In this document: positions 1 to 12,699 of the stretch, one piece after another
Layout of the letters: each line of letters starts with the position of its first letter
Position numbering within the stretch: the first letter of the stretch is position 1
NCBI RefSeq assembly: GCF_006345805.1
Contig: NC_043013.1
Coordinates: 186,001 to 250,000, forward strand
Direction of reading: 5' to 3'
DNA: 64,000 bases
DNA from: Octopus sinensis
Taxonomy: Eukaryota
Notes under the pieces: generated by a model
What the model was told of the DNA's origin: nothing
Seen by the model: only the letters and a program-made list of their open reading frames with translations
Database searches by the model: none
Translations under genes and position numbers: made by a program

Positions 1-165
1 AAGGGCTTCCAACTGTAGAAGCTAGGCATAATGCAGCATGATGTAATGCTAGACTCATTGGATCTTTGTCTAAACCGTCATGGAACATAGATAACATATG
101 ATGATGATGATGATGATGATATATGTATGTATGGAGGTATATATATATATACATATATAATATAT

Positions 166-293
166 ATCCAGCTGTAGAAATACTGTCAGATCAGATTGGG
201 ACATGGTGCAGCCTCCTGGCTTCCCAGACCCAAGTCGAACCGTCGAACCCATGCCAGCATGGAAAATTGACATTAAACGATGATGATGATGAT
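166..293 (+). mobile_element. 3' end of abundant octopus SINE-like repeat with (GAT)n tail
   Basis: atccagctgtagaaa...acccatgccagcatggaaaattgacattaaacgatgatgat; same 3' end seen at 413, 1163, 11448 (minus) and 55300-55932 (plus). Confidence 0.75.
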
Positions 294-379
294 AATATAT
301 ATAATAAATAATATATAATCTATATATATATATATGTATGTATTTATGTATGTATTTATATATATATATATAATTTATT

Positions 380-412
<33 letters not shown>

Positions 413-415
<3 letters not shown>

Positions 416-790
416 TCATCATCATCATCATCGTTTAACGTCCGTTCTCCATGCTAGCATGGGTTGGACGGTTCGACCGGGGATCTGGGAAGCCAGAAGG
501 CTGCACCAGGCTCCGGTCTTATCTGGCAATGTTTCTACAGCTGGATGCCCTTCCTAACGCCAACCACTCCGTGAGTGTAGTGGGTGCTTATTACGTGCCA
601 CCTGCACTGGTGCCAGACGAGGCTGGCATCGGCCACGGTCGGATTGGTGCATTTTACGTGCCACCTGCACGGAAGCCAGTCGAGGCGGCACTGGCTTCGG
701 CCACGATTCGGATGGTGCTTTTTACGTGCCACCGACACGGAAGCCAGTCGAGGCGGCGCTGGCATCAGCCATGATTCGGATTGTGCTTTT
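413..790 (-). mobile_element. SINE-like repeat with internal ~60-bp tandem units
   Basis: (CAT)n-gtttaacgtccgttctccatgctagcatggg start on plus; repeated gtgctttttacgtgccacc...ggaagccagtcgaggcgg units. Confidence 0.75.
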
Positions 791-848
791 TACATATCTC
801 CAGTCCAGGGGTCCTGGCATCTGCCGGGTGCCAGTCATAGGATTGGTT

Positions 849-1093
849 CAACGGAGATGTACTTGCATAGCAAGTGACCTGATTCCAAGATGCAGCATGG
901 AATTTTGTCAGTGAACAGGTCGTGGTCTCAAAGCGATGAAAATGTTTTGACAAATTATATTTAAATGTGGAAGTTAATCTAATGGATTTTGTGTGTCTCT
1001 TAAATGGCTTACAAACACCTTCCACTCTGCAGCTGTTTTCGTTCCAGCACACGATCTCAGATCAGGTCACTATGCAAGTACATCTCTGTAACA
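849..1093. repeat. imperfect inverted repeat (arms ~849-903 and ~1043-1093)
   Basis: gatgtacttgcatagcaagtgacctgat...ggaa versus ttcc...atcaggtcactatgcaagtacatc. Confidence 0.65.
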
Positions 1094-1123
1094 TATATAT
1101 ATATATTATTTATTATATATATG

Positions 1124-1155
<32 letters not shown>

Positions 1156-1162
1156 ATATATA

Positions 1163-1460
1163 TCATCATCATCATCATCATCATCATCATTTAACGTCCG
1201 CTTTCCATGCTAGCATGGGTTGGACGGTTCAACTGGGGTCTGGGAAGCCAGAAGGCTGCACCAGGCCCAGTCAGATCTGGCAGTGTTTCTACAGCTGGAT
1301 GCCCTTCCTAACGCCAACCACTCCGAGAGTGTAGTGGGTGATTTTATGTGCCACCGACACAGGTGCCAGACGAGGCTGGCAAACGGCCACGCTCGGATGG
1401 TGTTTTTTATGTGCCACCGACACAGGTGCCAGACGAGGCTGGCAGACGGCCACGCTATGT
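1163..1460 (-). mobile_element. SINE-like repeat, same family as 413-790
   Basis: (CAT)n-ttaacgtccgctttccatgctagcatggg; two tandem atgtgccaccgacacaggtgccagacgaggctggca units. Confidence 0.75.
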
Positions 1461-1719
1461 GACAATTATTCGGTAGCCATGATGAAACTCCGAGTTTCGG
1501 ATGTCGGGGTGGAAATCCACGCTGCCATCTCTTCAGTTATCGGCCAACTGAAGAGATGGCAGCATGAATTTCCACCTCGGCATCCGAAACTCGGAGTTTT
1601 ATCATGGCTACCAAATAATTGTCACATATCACATGTACAGATAAATTCCTCTATTTACATAATATCAAGGTCTCTTTCTTTCTTTTGTTGTCTTACCATT
1701 TCTATCAATATATATATAT

Positions 1720-1887
1720 ATAAGTATATGAAAGAATGGAGTTGAACGACTAGATAACAAATATCCTTTATTCTTGACATATGTTTCGAAGGCTGCATAT
1801 TCCTAATTCCGCAGCCTTCGAAACATATGTCGAGAATAAAGGATATTTGTTAACTAGTCGTTCAACTCCATTCTTTCATATACTTAT
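1720..1887. repeat. near-perfect hairpin, 77-bp arms and 14-nt loop, derived from a PLE terminal repeat
   Basis: 1720-1796 is the reverse complement of 1811-1887 with 2 mismatches; arm sequence resembles the PLE end at 59371-59435; each arm carries GAAAC-ATAT-GTC. Confidence 0.9.
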
Positions 1888-2040
1888 AATTTTAAAATAA
1901 ACATACAAATTTCCGCACGAAGACACGTAGTCTATGTCCTAGCGACGTAGCTTCAACTGTGTTCTTTCTTATGTGAATTTGCTACCCAGGTATCGGTTAT
2001 CTTTCGAATTATCCTTAATAAGATAATTCATTCAATTACT

Positions 2041-2081
<41 letters not shown>

Positions 2082-2132
2082 ATGTATGTATGTATGCATG
2101 CATGTATGTATGCATGTGTGTATGTATGTATG

Positions 2133-2187
<55 letters not shown>

Positions 2188-3062
2188 ATATATATATAAA
2201 TATATGACGATGTCTTCGCCTAGCAACAAATTGCCCTCATAAGGTATCAGCCAACCCACGTGATGCTGAACACATGGAATCGGATTGCACGGCTGCCTTG
2301 GTTGTAAAGCAAACTGCTTCTTGTCATCACAGCCATTTCAGAGAGAAGCAAAACATTGTGATGTTTATTCCTTTCTCAACGTTGTTACTGGTGAAGTATA
2401 TATAATCTCCAATAAACCATTGAAATCGCGGCGACAGGTTCAACCTCGTCGGTAGATAATTCTTTGTCGACGATCTTCACAGTTATCTCCCTTGCTCCTA
2501 TTCTGAGACAGTCTTAACTTTCGCTCAGACGTTCGCTTATTCCAAAACACCTTTCTACAATTTCTTTCTCTTATTTAATCCTTCCTTCTTTCTTTCTTTG
2601 TTATTCGTTTCTCATTCGTTACCTCTTTCTGTTTGTCTCTATTTTTTCTACTTTATTTCCCTATCAACTGTTTTTCCTTTATTCTAAATCTCTTTTCCCT
2701 TCCTTTTTTTCATTTGTCTTACGTTTTTTTCTTTCTTTTTCACTCGTCTCTTTTCTTTCCCTCCCAACTATTTTATTTCATTCTTTTTTTCGTTCCCATT
2801 TGTTTTTATTTCTTTTTCACTTCTCTTTTTCGTTTTCTTTTCAAGGCTTTTATTGTTTGTATAAGAAAACAATTTTCCCCTTCAAGTTCAATCTTCACCC
2901 GAATTTGGAAGTTACCCCCTCCTCTCTCTCTCTCTTTTCTTTTCTTTTATAAGAAATTAAAAAAAAGAAAGACTTGTCGATTTAAAATCATTACAATATT
3001 TAAACCTGAATTCAAACTGTCACGATGAAAAAACATGTTTGAAATGTAAAAAAGAAATCTTT

Positions 3063-3360
3063 TATCATCATCATCATCGTCATCACTGTCACTACATCCA
3101 TTCATCACAACTGCCATCATCATCATCATCATCACCGCTGTCATCATGAATCTCCTCCTCGTCATCAGCATTGCCATTCTTATCATCATCGCCATCACTC
3201 TTACTCGTCACCACCACCAGTACCGACACCACCACCACGACCGCCATCACCACCACCACCAGTACCACCACCACCACCACCGCCACCACCGCCATTGTCA
3301 TCATCATCACCATCGCCGCCTTCGTCACTACCATCGTTACCATTCCCATCACAATCATTG
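3063..3360. repeat. (CAT/CAC)n compound trinucleotide microsatellite
   Basis: direct reading; explains the His/Thr/Met-rich spurious ORFs. Confidence 0.9.
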
Positions 3361-3433
3361 TTGTTCAGCATTTAAAAACTTTTTTTTTTCAGACAGACAC
3401 GAATAGAGCTACGGACATACTGACATAGTTAAA

Positions 3434-3472
<39 letters not shown>

Positions 3473-4199
3473 ACACACACATACACACACACTCGTGTAA
3501 AGTTGAATAAAATTACCTTTTATTTCTTTATTTTATTTATTGAAATGTGAAGAGAGAAATGAAATGAAACAACAACACAAAAGGAAGAAAAGAGACAAAG
3601 AGAAAGAAAAGAAGGCAAACTGAATGAGTAAGGGTGGTGGCGGGCAGGAGGGTGGCGGTGGAGAGAACGGGAGGGATTGTGGGGGCGGAGATGAAGGTGG
3701 CGGCGGCGGTGGCGGTGGAGGATCTGAAATTGGGCCTTTGTTGTGATAATGGGGAATCAATAGAATGAATGTTACAAGACAGACAAGCGACTACAAATCT
3801 AAACTCAACAGAAGCTGAAAGCGGAACACGTGACATGGTGTCTGATGTGGTGAAGACCCGGCTTTTCAGTTTATCTCTAAAAGACCCTGCTTTTTATTTC
3901 TTGACAAAAATATAAAATATAGGACTAGTTTGTTTTATTTTTTATTTTTATCGCCGTGAAGTTCATAACTCTCTCGATATAATTCTACTCGAGCGTCTGG
4001 ACATGTGCATTAATTATATTTCCCCGTGTGGTGGGTGTCCAGAGCCAGAAGCCATTCCCCTTCGTCTAAGTTCAAAATCCTTCAAATGCAGAGACTTCCT
4101 TTCTCTTTTCTCCTTGAAATTGTTTGCTACAAAGGATACCAGTCATGTACTGAGATTGATCCAATGTTATAAACTCCTTTACAAATGTGTTTTGTACCA

Positions 4200-4530
4200 A
4201 CATGAAAAGTTATATTTGTCGATGTTATTGTCTTGTAGTGCAAGGAAAGGAAAGTGGTGAAGTGATAGAACTTGGAAACGGACATCGAAAACGATTTTTC
4301 GGGAAAGACAGAATATACAGTGAGAAATACTGTGCGAAAGCAATAGATGGGAGGCAATAACCCGTCCTGTGGAGAAAGCCGTTAGAGGTTCTATTGGAAC
4401 CAAGGTTCATTTGATGCTCAAGAGTCTTGGACTAACTGCGAAGGAGAGAAATGATGTCGGCGGAAAATTGTTAGAAGTCACTTAAAAACCAAGCCATTAC
4501 ATCTGGCTCCAGAGAAAGGACGTCTAGTAG
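4200..4530 (+). mobile_element. decayed RLE domain of a HERO/NeSL-like non-LTR retrotransposon
   Basis: frameshifted translation DVIVL*CKERKVVK..EL...CESNRWEAITRPVEKAVRGSIGTKVHLMLKSLGLTAKER...KPSHYIWLQRKD resembles the PD-(D/E)xK C-terminus ending ...ASYWIWLKR. Confidence 0.6.
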
Positions 4531-6104
4531 AACAAAAACGAACACTGAAGATGACAGAAACATCTGGCCCAGAGTCACAACATCTGACTCAACAAAACTC
4601 GTGTTGCCGTGCAGGAGTTTTGTCGCCTCCATCGGTTGGTGGCTCCGGGGGAAACTCTGTTGTAGCAGAAACATCTACAGAGTTGCTTCATCGCTTGATG
4701 AGACATCGATTCCAAGATTCAGAGGGGCAGTTACAGCAACGCCATCAGCACTCCAGTGTTTACTCTAAATGTATGTATTTAAAATATTTTTCAGGAATAG
4801 CAAAATTCTCCATTTCTGGATCTTGAAATTCTTTTGGTTTGAATTTCCCTGAGTTCAGTTTTCATCTCCCATTTTGATAAAATAACTACCAACAGTATAT
4901 TAATTCACTGGGAGGGAGCAACTTCACATTATCACCTTCTGTTTTTAGTAGTGCTTGGTATTTCTTTAATTATTCCTTGTTAATGACTATATTTTCACAG
5001 GGGCGAGTTGCTGCACTCGCAAAATTTATTTTTGATTTTTCCTCTTGTTTAGCCTCGCTCGACATCTTGTCGTCTGCTTTTGTAACGCGCGCGTGAGACG
5101 TCTCTATGCCTTTACCTTCCTCCTCCCACATATTCGCCTTCAAACAAATTTCCAAAGTTTTCCTCGGACTCGGAAGAAATTGGTGGCAAATTCCTGTTTT
5201 TGAAACAAGGAGGAAACAACAGCAAAACTCAGCTGCAACAGCAGAAAAGAAGTCGTCTCGACGACCAAAAAACAGCAAATTTTCACAATTTTCAGCACAA
5301 AAACAATCTTTCACTGCGGAGCAAAGAATAACACGACCGATAAGAGGGGGAGAGAGATGAGCTTCGTCGTCATGTTTAAAATACCCAAAGCTCGCCATTA
5401 TATAATGACGATGCTCTTCCGTTGTCAAGAGCTCCACCATTCACCATGCGGTGTGCGTCTGTGTGTATGTACTACACTCTGTTCATCACCCTTCGATGTG
5501 ACAACTCCAAATTCACCCCAGTTTTCAGTTATTTCTCTTCGCTTATTATGCTACTAATTTCCAATGGTACAAAATACACCTTGCTCATTCTTTTTTTTTC
5601 TTCTCTGTAAATACAATTAAATAACTTTTGTGCATTCTTGTTTAGATTGAGTTGTGGTTGACCCAATACAAGCGACTGAGTCATGCGTTGAGAGATGTTT
5701 GTTGCCCTTAGGAAAGAAAGAAAGAAAAAGATCGACTTCCTTCGCCTGTATATAACCACCACCACCATCACCATCACTACGATTCATCTATCAGTCCAAT
5801 GTGATGGCCTTCATGCCTCATCTAATTTGTCTGGGATGATGATGATGATGACGACGACCACAATGGTGATGAGAAGGAGGAGGAGGAGGTCGGTGATGGT
5901 AACGAGAAGGAGAAAGTGATTTGCGAGAAGGTAGGGTGTTGTGCGAGGGAAACCCTTTATTGCATCAACGCAGCCTCACGTGCGAAAGCTCTCACCTTTA
6001 AGCACGTGCGCACACACAACCTCGCAAAACTGCTTCAGTTACATCAAAAAACTTTCATTTAGTCCACCGATTGAGTTTTTCACATAGCTTTCTGTGTTGC
6101 TGTT

Positions 6105-6330
<226 letters not shown>

Positions 6331-6332
6331 TC

Positions 6333-7085
6333 AGTAGTTTTATTTTTATAGCGTGCTTTCACTTCACTACCGAGCGCAGCTCTGTGTGCCTGGGTATGTG
6401 CTGTGATTTGTTGTGATGCTCTGATGGTTATTGTATGAAAAGTGTTCTGCGTAGGATGTGTGCAGTGCCTAGTAGTGCAATTTTCTGTATGTTATATGTG
6501 ATTGTAAGTCCTGGTGTTTTTGTTATGTATTTGTCTGAATATTTTTTATCATGCCTAATGCACCTACTATGATAGGAATTGTTTCTGTTTTTAGATTCCA
6601 CATTCTGGTTACCTCTATTTCCAGGTCTTTGTATTTTGAAAGTTTCTCCATTTCTTTTAGAGACACGTTGTCATCTGCCGGTATTGATACATCAATTAGA
6701 AAATATTTTTTTCTTCATGATCTCTGACAACTATATCTGGTCTGTTGGCCTTAATTTCTCTATCTGTGTGTATCGGCATATCCCAGAGTATGGTTGCTTT
6801 CTCGTTTTCTGTGACCTTTTCTGGTGTGTGCCTATACCATCTTTTTTCTGTTGTTATTCCATAATGTTGGCATAGTTTCCAGTGTATATAGGTCCCGACT
6901 CTGTCGTGTCTGAATATATTCCTTCTTAGCCAGGATTGGGCAGCCAGAGATAATATGATTTATTGTTTCTTGTCCATCTCCACATATTCTGCAGTTACTT
7001 GTTATATTTCTTTTCATTACTTGTTTTTGGTAATTTCTGGTGGGGAGGCTTTGGTCTTGTGCTGCAATTAAAAATCCTTCTGTTA
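6333..7085 (-). mobile_element. R4/Dong-clade LINE, 5'-truncated (CCHC + RLE + 3' UTR)
   Basis: EGFLIAAQDQSLPTRNY...CRICGDGQETINHIISGC...ILWDMPIHTDREIKANRPDIVV...IDVSIP...KYKDLEIEVTRMW...IVGALG; ORF end near 6428. Confidence 0.9.
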
Positions 7086-7121
7086 AAAATTAAAAAATTT
7101 TTTAATTAAAATTAAAAATCC

Positions 7122-7201
<80 letters not shown>

Positions 7202-7235
7202 GTCGTCGTCGTCTTCTTCTTCTTATTATTATTAT

Positions 7236-7495
7236 CTTTTTTCTTCTTTCAAATTTGCTTCCATTTCTTGCCGAGTGTCTTCCTGACTCCTAGGGCAAAG
7301 AAACTCATAGTATACATTGGTAGGCCATTAAACTAAACTCACTAGTTCGTTCATTTTTTTTAAAGTTAAATTAAAATACATGGGTAGTAATAGTTCTCAC
7401 ATCGACAATGCTCTTCTCAATACGTGTGATGTACCAGTTAAGACAATCTTTTGCACTTCTTGCAGGGATGGTAAGCCAGGGATCATTCTCATATA
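7236..7495 (-). mobile_element. R4/Dong-clade LINE, second family, short 3' end
   Basis: translates MIPGLPSLQEVQKIVLTGTSHVLRRALSM* followed by 3' UTR and (GAA/TAA)n tail. Confidence 0.8.
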
Positions 7496-7780
7496 ATTTT
7501 CTTCTTCTTCTTCTTATATTATTATTATTCGTCTTTCTCTTCTTCTACTCTCTTCTTCTCTTCTTCTTCTTCTTCTCTTCTTCTTCTTCTTCTTCTCTCT
7601 TCTTCTTCTCTCTTCTTCTTCTTCTTCTTCTTCTCTTCTGTTCTTCTCTTCTTCTTCTTCTTCTTCTTCTTCTTCTTCGTCTTCTATTTCTTCTTCTTCT
7701 TCTCTTCTTCTTCTTCTTCTTCTTCTTCTTATTATTATTATTATTATTATATTATTATTATTATTATTATTCGTCTTCTT

Positions 7781-7841
<61 letters not shown>

Positions 7842-7857
7842 TATTATTATCATTATT

Positions 7858-8480
7858 ACTTTTTTTTTTCTTCTTTCAAATTTTCTTCCATTTCTTGCCG
7901 AGTGTCTTCCCGACTCCTAGGGCAAAGAAACTCATAGTGTATATTGGTAGGCCATTAAACCAAACTCAGTAGTTCGTTCATTTTTTTTTTTTTTTTTTAA
8001 AGTTAAATTAAAATACATTTGCTAATTTGTTCTCGTCCAAATAGGGACTACTGTCTTGATTCCGTGTTCTCCATATACTGTAAGAGTTTGCGGTGTGTCT
8101 CTCTTGAGATGGCCTACCTAATGCATAGTAATAAGCGTATATTACTTCTTTATACTCTTCTCGGGTCCATTTGTTCCGCTTACATTTTTCTTTCTGTGGT
8201 GGTTGTGGTGGTGAACTTGGAGGGCTCGAGTTGGGGGATTTCCCGTTCAAGTGACCATCCATGTCCGTATTCGGAGAAGAGTTTGTGCCAGTTGATGACT
8301 TTTCGATCCCAGGCTGGCTCTTCCCTGGGGGACGCGCTTCCAGATTAACCATAGGACAAGCGATTTGGTATACTGATTTAGTTTTCCTTTTAGTTTCCAA
8401 AAACATTTTGGTGCTACGATAATGTTATCATATTTTAGCTTTGATTGGCTCGTGGGGAGACGGCCATCATTGCCGTTACA
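7858..8480 (-). mobile_element. internally deleted R4/Dong element (ORF N-terminus fused to 3' UTR)
   Basis: ORF 8008-8406 has RNKWTREEYKEVIYAYYYA...YSIWRTRN...DENKLAN, typical of R4 N-termini; 7860-8017 nearly duplicates the 3' UTR at 7236-7380; TAA repeats on both flanks. Confidence 0.75.
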
Positions 8481-8527
8481 ATTATTATTATTATTATTAT
8501 TCGTCTTCTTCTCTTCTTCTTCTTCAT

Positions 8528-8565
<38 letters not shown>

Positions 8566-9074
8566 ATTCTCCCTGTCTCTCACTTACACCTATGCAGCAT
8601 GCATCTGAACCTGTACATGTTTGTGCGCGTGCGCGCGACTGCAGCACTGGACTGTCGCCATCTAAACACACGTCGTGTTCTTCGGAGATGGCAGGTATGA
8701 GCAAATATGGAGACTGCTCTCTGTTGTTGGGGCTGAGAAAATTACCTGTCGGTTTGTGGAGACTGGGGGGGTGGGGGAGAAGAAAGACGAAACAAAGTCG
8801 CGGGAGACAAATGGCGATGATTTACCAAGAGTTTGTCCCCCACCCCGCACTAAAACAAAAACCTGAGCTATGAAGCAGCAAGAATCTGATAGGTGGAAAG
8901 ATATGTAGTGGGGGGGGGGGAGTTAAAGAGTTGGTGTGTGGAGGATGTGGAGGAGTGGGAGGCTAATTGGGCGTGTGCCCGACACTTTAACCTCATGCTT
9001 AGGTGCATATGCGTATGTATGTTTAGTTTGTTAAAGACTTTGCCACGTTCTCAGGATGTGATGATGGACGGACC

Positions 9075-9340
9075 GGAGGCACGATCGTGGACACGGGTTA
9101 AACATTTTGTTTCTGCTGTTCAGGTAGATGTCCAAAAGAAGAGAAATCTTTAATGTAATTCTTTTCTCTGCTAAACATAGCCTGCATCTTTTGCTACTAT
9201 TAAAATAAGGCTTGCTCTTCTCCAAGATTTCCCGCTTGATATTGTAATTTATAGCGCTTGTTTTCAACGACCATACATGTCCAGCCAGGGCTGTGGCATT
9301 GCTCTCTCTCTATTGAAAGCGGAAGATATGGAAGCTCAAA
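9075..9340 (-). mobile_element. Penelope-like element, GIY-YIG endonuclease C-terminal fragment
   Basis: NATALAGHVWSLKTSAINYNIKREILEKSKPYFNSSKRCRLCLAEK...LNSRNKMFNPC. Confidence 0.8.
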
Positions 9341-9439
9341 ATATAAGTAAACTAAAAAATTTAGAGAAATTCTTGTCGAAACATTTGACGAAAACGAGGA
9401 GGAATTAGAGATGTATAGCATAGAAGATATCTGTAATGA

Positions 9440-11000
9440 GCGGTTGCATAAGGCACAACTGGTAGTAGAACTAGGGAGTGGTAACGCTGCTTGAGAAAAA
9501 ATACCTACAATTGGGACGACATAGACGATGTTAGACCCATAACTATGCGAAACAGATTTTAAAATTCTGACCAAGATGTTAACGAAAAGGTTAGCGCGTG
9601 TTGTCGGTCGTCTGTTCTGGAAGCATAAACGTGCGTGATCCATTCGCAAGGCAACCGCCACCTTCTGCGGGAACGAAGTTGGCTTCGGTGGAGATTTGAC
9701 TAATTTGGATTCGTGGAAAAGTTTTCGATATGGTCCGCCCTAAAAAATGGTCCAGAAATCGACCAGTTTCGGTCTCATTTTCAGAGACTGGATGACTACG
9801 GAGTACAATAGCACCTATTTGATAATCAAAGTAAACGACCAGCTCTCGGAACCCTTTCACATCGACTTCTTGGTCCGACGGGTTAACCTTTTTTCACCTC
9901 TTGTATTCATGCAGGCTCTTGAGCCACTGCTGCAGATGTCGGAACATTGGAGGGGCGTTCCTTTCGAACTGGGACCCAGGAACACCGGCGTATGTGGATG
10001 ACGTCGTTGTTATGTCAGATGCTTCCGAAGTGGAGGCGATTGGCATCGTTCTAAAGGGTAGAGATGGCAGATGCCCACATTGCTGCCATCACTATTTGCT
10101 ACTCGACGATTGCGCCTTGCTTCAGTTACGGCCTGATGTAATGATAGCATTTGCTACGAACTTTTTGTGAAAGAGACGCGTTCTGTTGGTCAAACAATTC
10201 GTCTTGACAGCAACTTCTGCACGGCAGGTAAGGCACACACTGGCTGTTGATACGCAGACACACGCTGATGCAGCACCAGCCACACAGATTCTTATATGAT
10301 GAACGTGTGCGGTCACAATTGGTGGCGTACGCTTTCCCGCAGTTTGTCTCCTTGGTGGAAATTCAGACTTGTGCGAAGCGCTGCCAGAACTGGACGCTTA
10401 ACATCTAGAATACCACCAGGCGCTCACCGCCCGCTACCAATCGGGTAACGAGATAGGTAGATGTCGACTCTAGCAATTCATAGAGGGTTGATGGAAGGGA
10501 AAAAGACCAACGTTTCTGCGGAAATTCCGAGCGTTACTAAACGAACGGGAGAGTCTGTATGAGAAGGTTTTCGAACTGGTGACGACTTTGGCAGTGGCAC
10601 TGGTCCGAGATAAACTCTACAGGTATAAAACTACCATCAAACGGTCCTGTCCAAGATGCGTGTGCAGCGATGAAACCCTTCTGCTTGCATTCGTTCAGCA
10701 ACTAGTTAACTCTAACTTGCAGGATTTTGTCGAATAGATGCTGGAACATGTGTGATGGATACGGCAATCAGTCGAATTCATCCTGATGATTATTCTGCCG
10801 TTGCCCTCCTTAAACGGGCAGGGAAAACAATTTCCCTCCGTCTGTAGCTAGTGAAAGAAATTGTGTGTGGTGGAAAGATCTGCGGACAGACACTTTCCTC
10901 TTTGCTCTCAATGTATTTTCACTTGAAAAGAAAGATGTGGATAGAGACGATGCTGTTCACCAATGAATTGTAAGAGATGAAATTGTTTCAAGTATAAGTG
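9440..11000 (+). mobile_element. decayed L1/Tx1-clade LINE, RT to zinc knuckle
   Basis: GVVTLL...DVRPITM...FKILTKMLTKRLARVV...KVNDQLSEPF...SPLVFMQALEPLL...AYVDDVVV...RDKLYRY...CPRC..SDET across frameshifts. Confidence 0.8.
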
Positions 11001-11447
11001 TGTGAGTCGGGGCAAAATACTGACCGGCATTTTGTCTGTCTTTAGTTCAAACTCCGTCGATGTTAACTATACCTTTCATCCTTTTGAGGTCGATAAAATA
11101 AGTACCTGTGCGTATGTGAGTGCGTGCGCGGACGTGTGTGTACACGCACACATCAATGTACATATATTTTTCACTTAGCCCATTCTGTATTTATTTTACT
11201 CATATCCGTAATGCCACATTTATATTCACATACGTCTTCTTAAAATACCCAGCTTACTGTCATTCACAAGTTCAAACACAAAAATACAAAAAGGAAATCA
11301 AATATTTCCACTAAACCTGAATATCATGCCAATTGATTGAGATAATTAGTGTAATTTTCCTTGAAATTGGTCCTGGGATAATTCTTTCAATAGAAGATAA
11401 TAAAGCGACTATAATTTAGATATAAACTTCTGCATATGATATAACTG

Positions 11448-11800
11448 AACGTTTAACGTCCGTTTTCCATGCTGACATGGGTTGGATGGTTCGACTTGGG
11501 TCTGAGAAGCCAGAAGGCTGCACCAGGCTCCAGTCTAATATGGAAATGTTTCTACAGCTGGATGCCCTTCCTAACGCCAACCACTTCGAGAGTGTAGTGG
11601 GTGCTTTTTTACGTGCCATCGGCACAGGGGCCAGAGGGAGGGGGGCTGGCATCGACCGCAATCGGATGGTGCTTTTTACGTTCCACTGGCACGGAAGCTA
11701 GTCAAGGCGGCGCTGGTATCGGCCACGTTCGGGTTGTGCTTTTTATGTACCGCCGGCACGGGGATCACAGCTACAATTTCCGTTTGAATGTGATTTGATT
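11448..11800 (-). mobile_element. SINE-like repeat, same family as 413-790
   Basis: gtttaacgtccgttttccatgctgacatggg...gatgcccttcctaacgccaaccac. Confidence 0.75.
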
Positions 11801-12699
11801 TTGATGTACTTGACTCAATAAGTCTCCTGAGCACTTTTGAGTGGAATGGTTATGCGACATTGGTGTGGCTTACAACTAATCTAAAAGGCTTATTTAGCTG
11901 GTGATTTTTTCTTTTTTTCTTTTTAGTAGATCAAATTAATAATCCTTCTTGTATATCTATATTTTTCAAGAAGCATCTCTTTTCTTTCTTTTTCACTTAA
12001 AATTTCTAATAAATACAAGGGAAAGAATTTATGCCTTTTCTTAAAATACTTATCTCCCTTCGTCTTAGTAGTTTCTTTATACATTTAGTTTCTTTCATAA
12101 CTAAATACATTTTTTATACTTTATAATACTGAAATCAATTGATATAACGCATTTAAGCAATATAGTTTATTTAATTTATATCAAATATTTATTTCAATAA
12201 AAATTTTTTTGAAATCCATTGAAATAAAAGTTGGGTTTTTCTTTCCTTTTTTTTCTTTTGTATTTCATCTTTTTACGTCTTTATAACTAAAATTCTTTCT
12301 TTAATAATTTTATTTTTAAAAACCAGATTTGCAAATACATATCAAATTCTAGTCGTCAATACTGCTATATTATTCGCAACAATATTTCCAGTCACCCCAA
12401 AGAACACTGTTACATCACATTCAACGATTTTACATTCCTAAGTTCCTTAAACGTTAAAACAATTCATACAATTATTGTATATTAAAAGTTTCCTCACATA
12501 ATTTTCCCTTCCTATCCTTCGTGCTGCCATTTTTATTCTCTTTTCAATATCTCTCTTCTCTTTCGCAATACATATTCGTTTATCACATTTGTTGTTGTTG
12601 TTATTTCTCTTTACTACAGGTTTTGTTGGAGACCCTGGAGTCTTGCAGGTGTAGTGGGCTTACTACTTGCAGCCTACGCTACCATACTATTCGTTCTTT

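Noticed and set aside
3620-3745. Gly-rich or Pro-rich coding exon
   Set aside because: (GGC/GGT)n low-complexity tract, stops close by, no splice support
8660-8705. gccatct-CCGAAGA...agatggc hairpin on minus as a hammerhead
   Set aside because: Core mutated and GAAA missing; at most an unrecognisable remnant
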